DNA from: Gemmatimonadota bacterium | GTDB taxonomy: Bacteria > Gemmatimonadota > Gemmatimonadetes > Longimicrobiales > Gaopeijiaceae | Length of the DNA: 64,000 nucleotides | Assembly: GCA_039589315.1 (NCBI GenBank) | Contig: JBDHHQ010000001.1 | Coordinates: 1 to 64,000 of the forward strand | Direction: 5' to 3' | Shown: positions 63,436 to 64,000 of the stretch, in pieces | How the letters are laid out: each line of letters begins with the position of its first letter | Numbering within the stretch: position 1 is the first letter of the stretch | Translations under genes and position numbers: made by a program | Notes under the pieces: model-generated | What the model was told of the DNA's origin: nothing | Database searches by the model: none | What the model saw: the letters and a program-made list of their open reading frames with translations, nothing else

Positions 63436-63830
63436 CCGAGTCGACGAACCAGATCCACGCGGTCGGCCGCCGCAAGACCAGCACCGCCCGGGTCACGCTT
63501 CGCCCCGGGCGAGGTGAGTGGTCCATCAACGGCCGCCCCCTCGCCGAGTACTTCCCCCGGAGAGCGCATCAGCTACGCATCGAAGAGGCGCTGCGTGTCG
63601 CCAATGCCGAAGGCCAGTTCGACGTCAGGGTCCGGGTGCGCGGCGGTGGCCTCACCGGCCAGTCGGACGCGATCCGCATGGGTCTCGCCCGTGCCCTCGT
63701 GGCGTATGACGACGAGCACCGCCCCGCCATGCGCACGAATGGCCTGCTCACCCGCGACGCCCGCAAGGTAGAGCGGAAGAAGCCCGGGCAGCCCAAGGCA
63801 CGCAAGCGCTTCCAGTTCAGCAAGCGCTGA
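63432..63830 (+). CDS. rpsI: 30S ribosomal protein S9
   Basis: [30 protein letters not shown]. Confidence 0.97.
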   Translation: MTESTNQIHAVGRRKTSTARVTLRPGRGEWSINGRPLAEYFPRRAHQLRIEEALRVANAEGQFDVRVRVRGGGLTGQSDAIRMGLARALVAYDDEHRPAMRTNGLLTRDARKVERKKPGQPKARKRFQFSKR

Positions 63831-63877
63831 TCATGACTTCGACGGCTACCGAGACAGAGCAGCCCATGGAAGGCGAG

Positions 63878-64000
63878 ATGCAGCAGGTGGGTCTGAACGA
63901 GCTCCTCGAAGCTGGCGTCCATTTCGGGCACCAGACTCGTCGCTGGAACCCGAAGATGCGCAAGTTCATCTTCGCCGAGCGCAACGGGATCCACATCATC
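63878..64000 (+). CDS. rpsB: 30S ribosomal protein S2 (partial, runs off window)
   Basis: [19 protein letters not shown]...ERNGIHII; in-frame ATGs also at 63833 and 63866. Confidence 0.95.
   Translation, partial: MQQVGLNELLEAGVHFGHQTRRWNPKMRKFIFAERNGIHII

Overview
High-GC (about 70% by eye) bacterial core-genome window. Gene content and order suggest Gemmatimonadota, possibly Longimicrobiales; this is inference. It holds about 57 CDS, one tRNA-Gln(TTG), the SRP RNA, and no recognisable mobile element or CRISPR array. Housekeeping blocks: tRNA-Gln-[hypothetical]-prs-rplY-pth-hppA; rpsF/rpsR-DUF2232-rplI-rsfS; smc; aroF; ffs-dnaX-ybaB-recR-mglBA; pgsA-cinA; grpE-dnaJ; iscS-mnmA; TolC/MacA/2x MacB-permease-bshB1; pntAB; comM; thpR; NtrX-like regulator; lepB; sigma70; rplM-rpsI-rpsB. 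Most notable: (1) ribosomal proteins S6 and S18 are encoded as one uninterrupted ORF behind an S6:S18-type leader. (2) smc is overlapped on both sides by apparent pseudoenzymes: a Walker-A-less MinD/ParA/Wzc-like domain-TM-SPOR protein upstream, and a secreted subtilase lacking all catalytic residues downstream. (3) The SRP RNA lacks the canonical GNRA apical tetraloop. (4) There is an internally deleted aldehyde-dehydrogenase remnant, a 58-bp tandem repeat, and an efflux cluster with no ATPase gene. All family calls come from motif recognition by eye; no searches were run.
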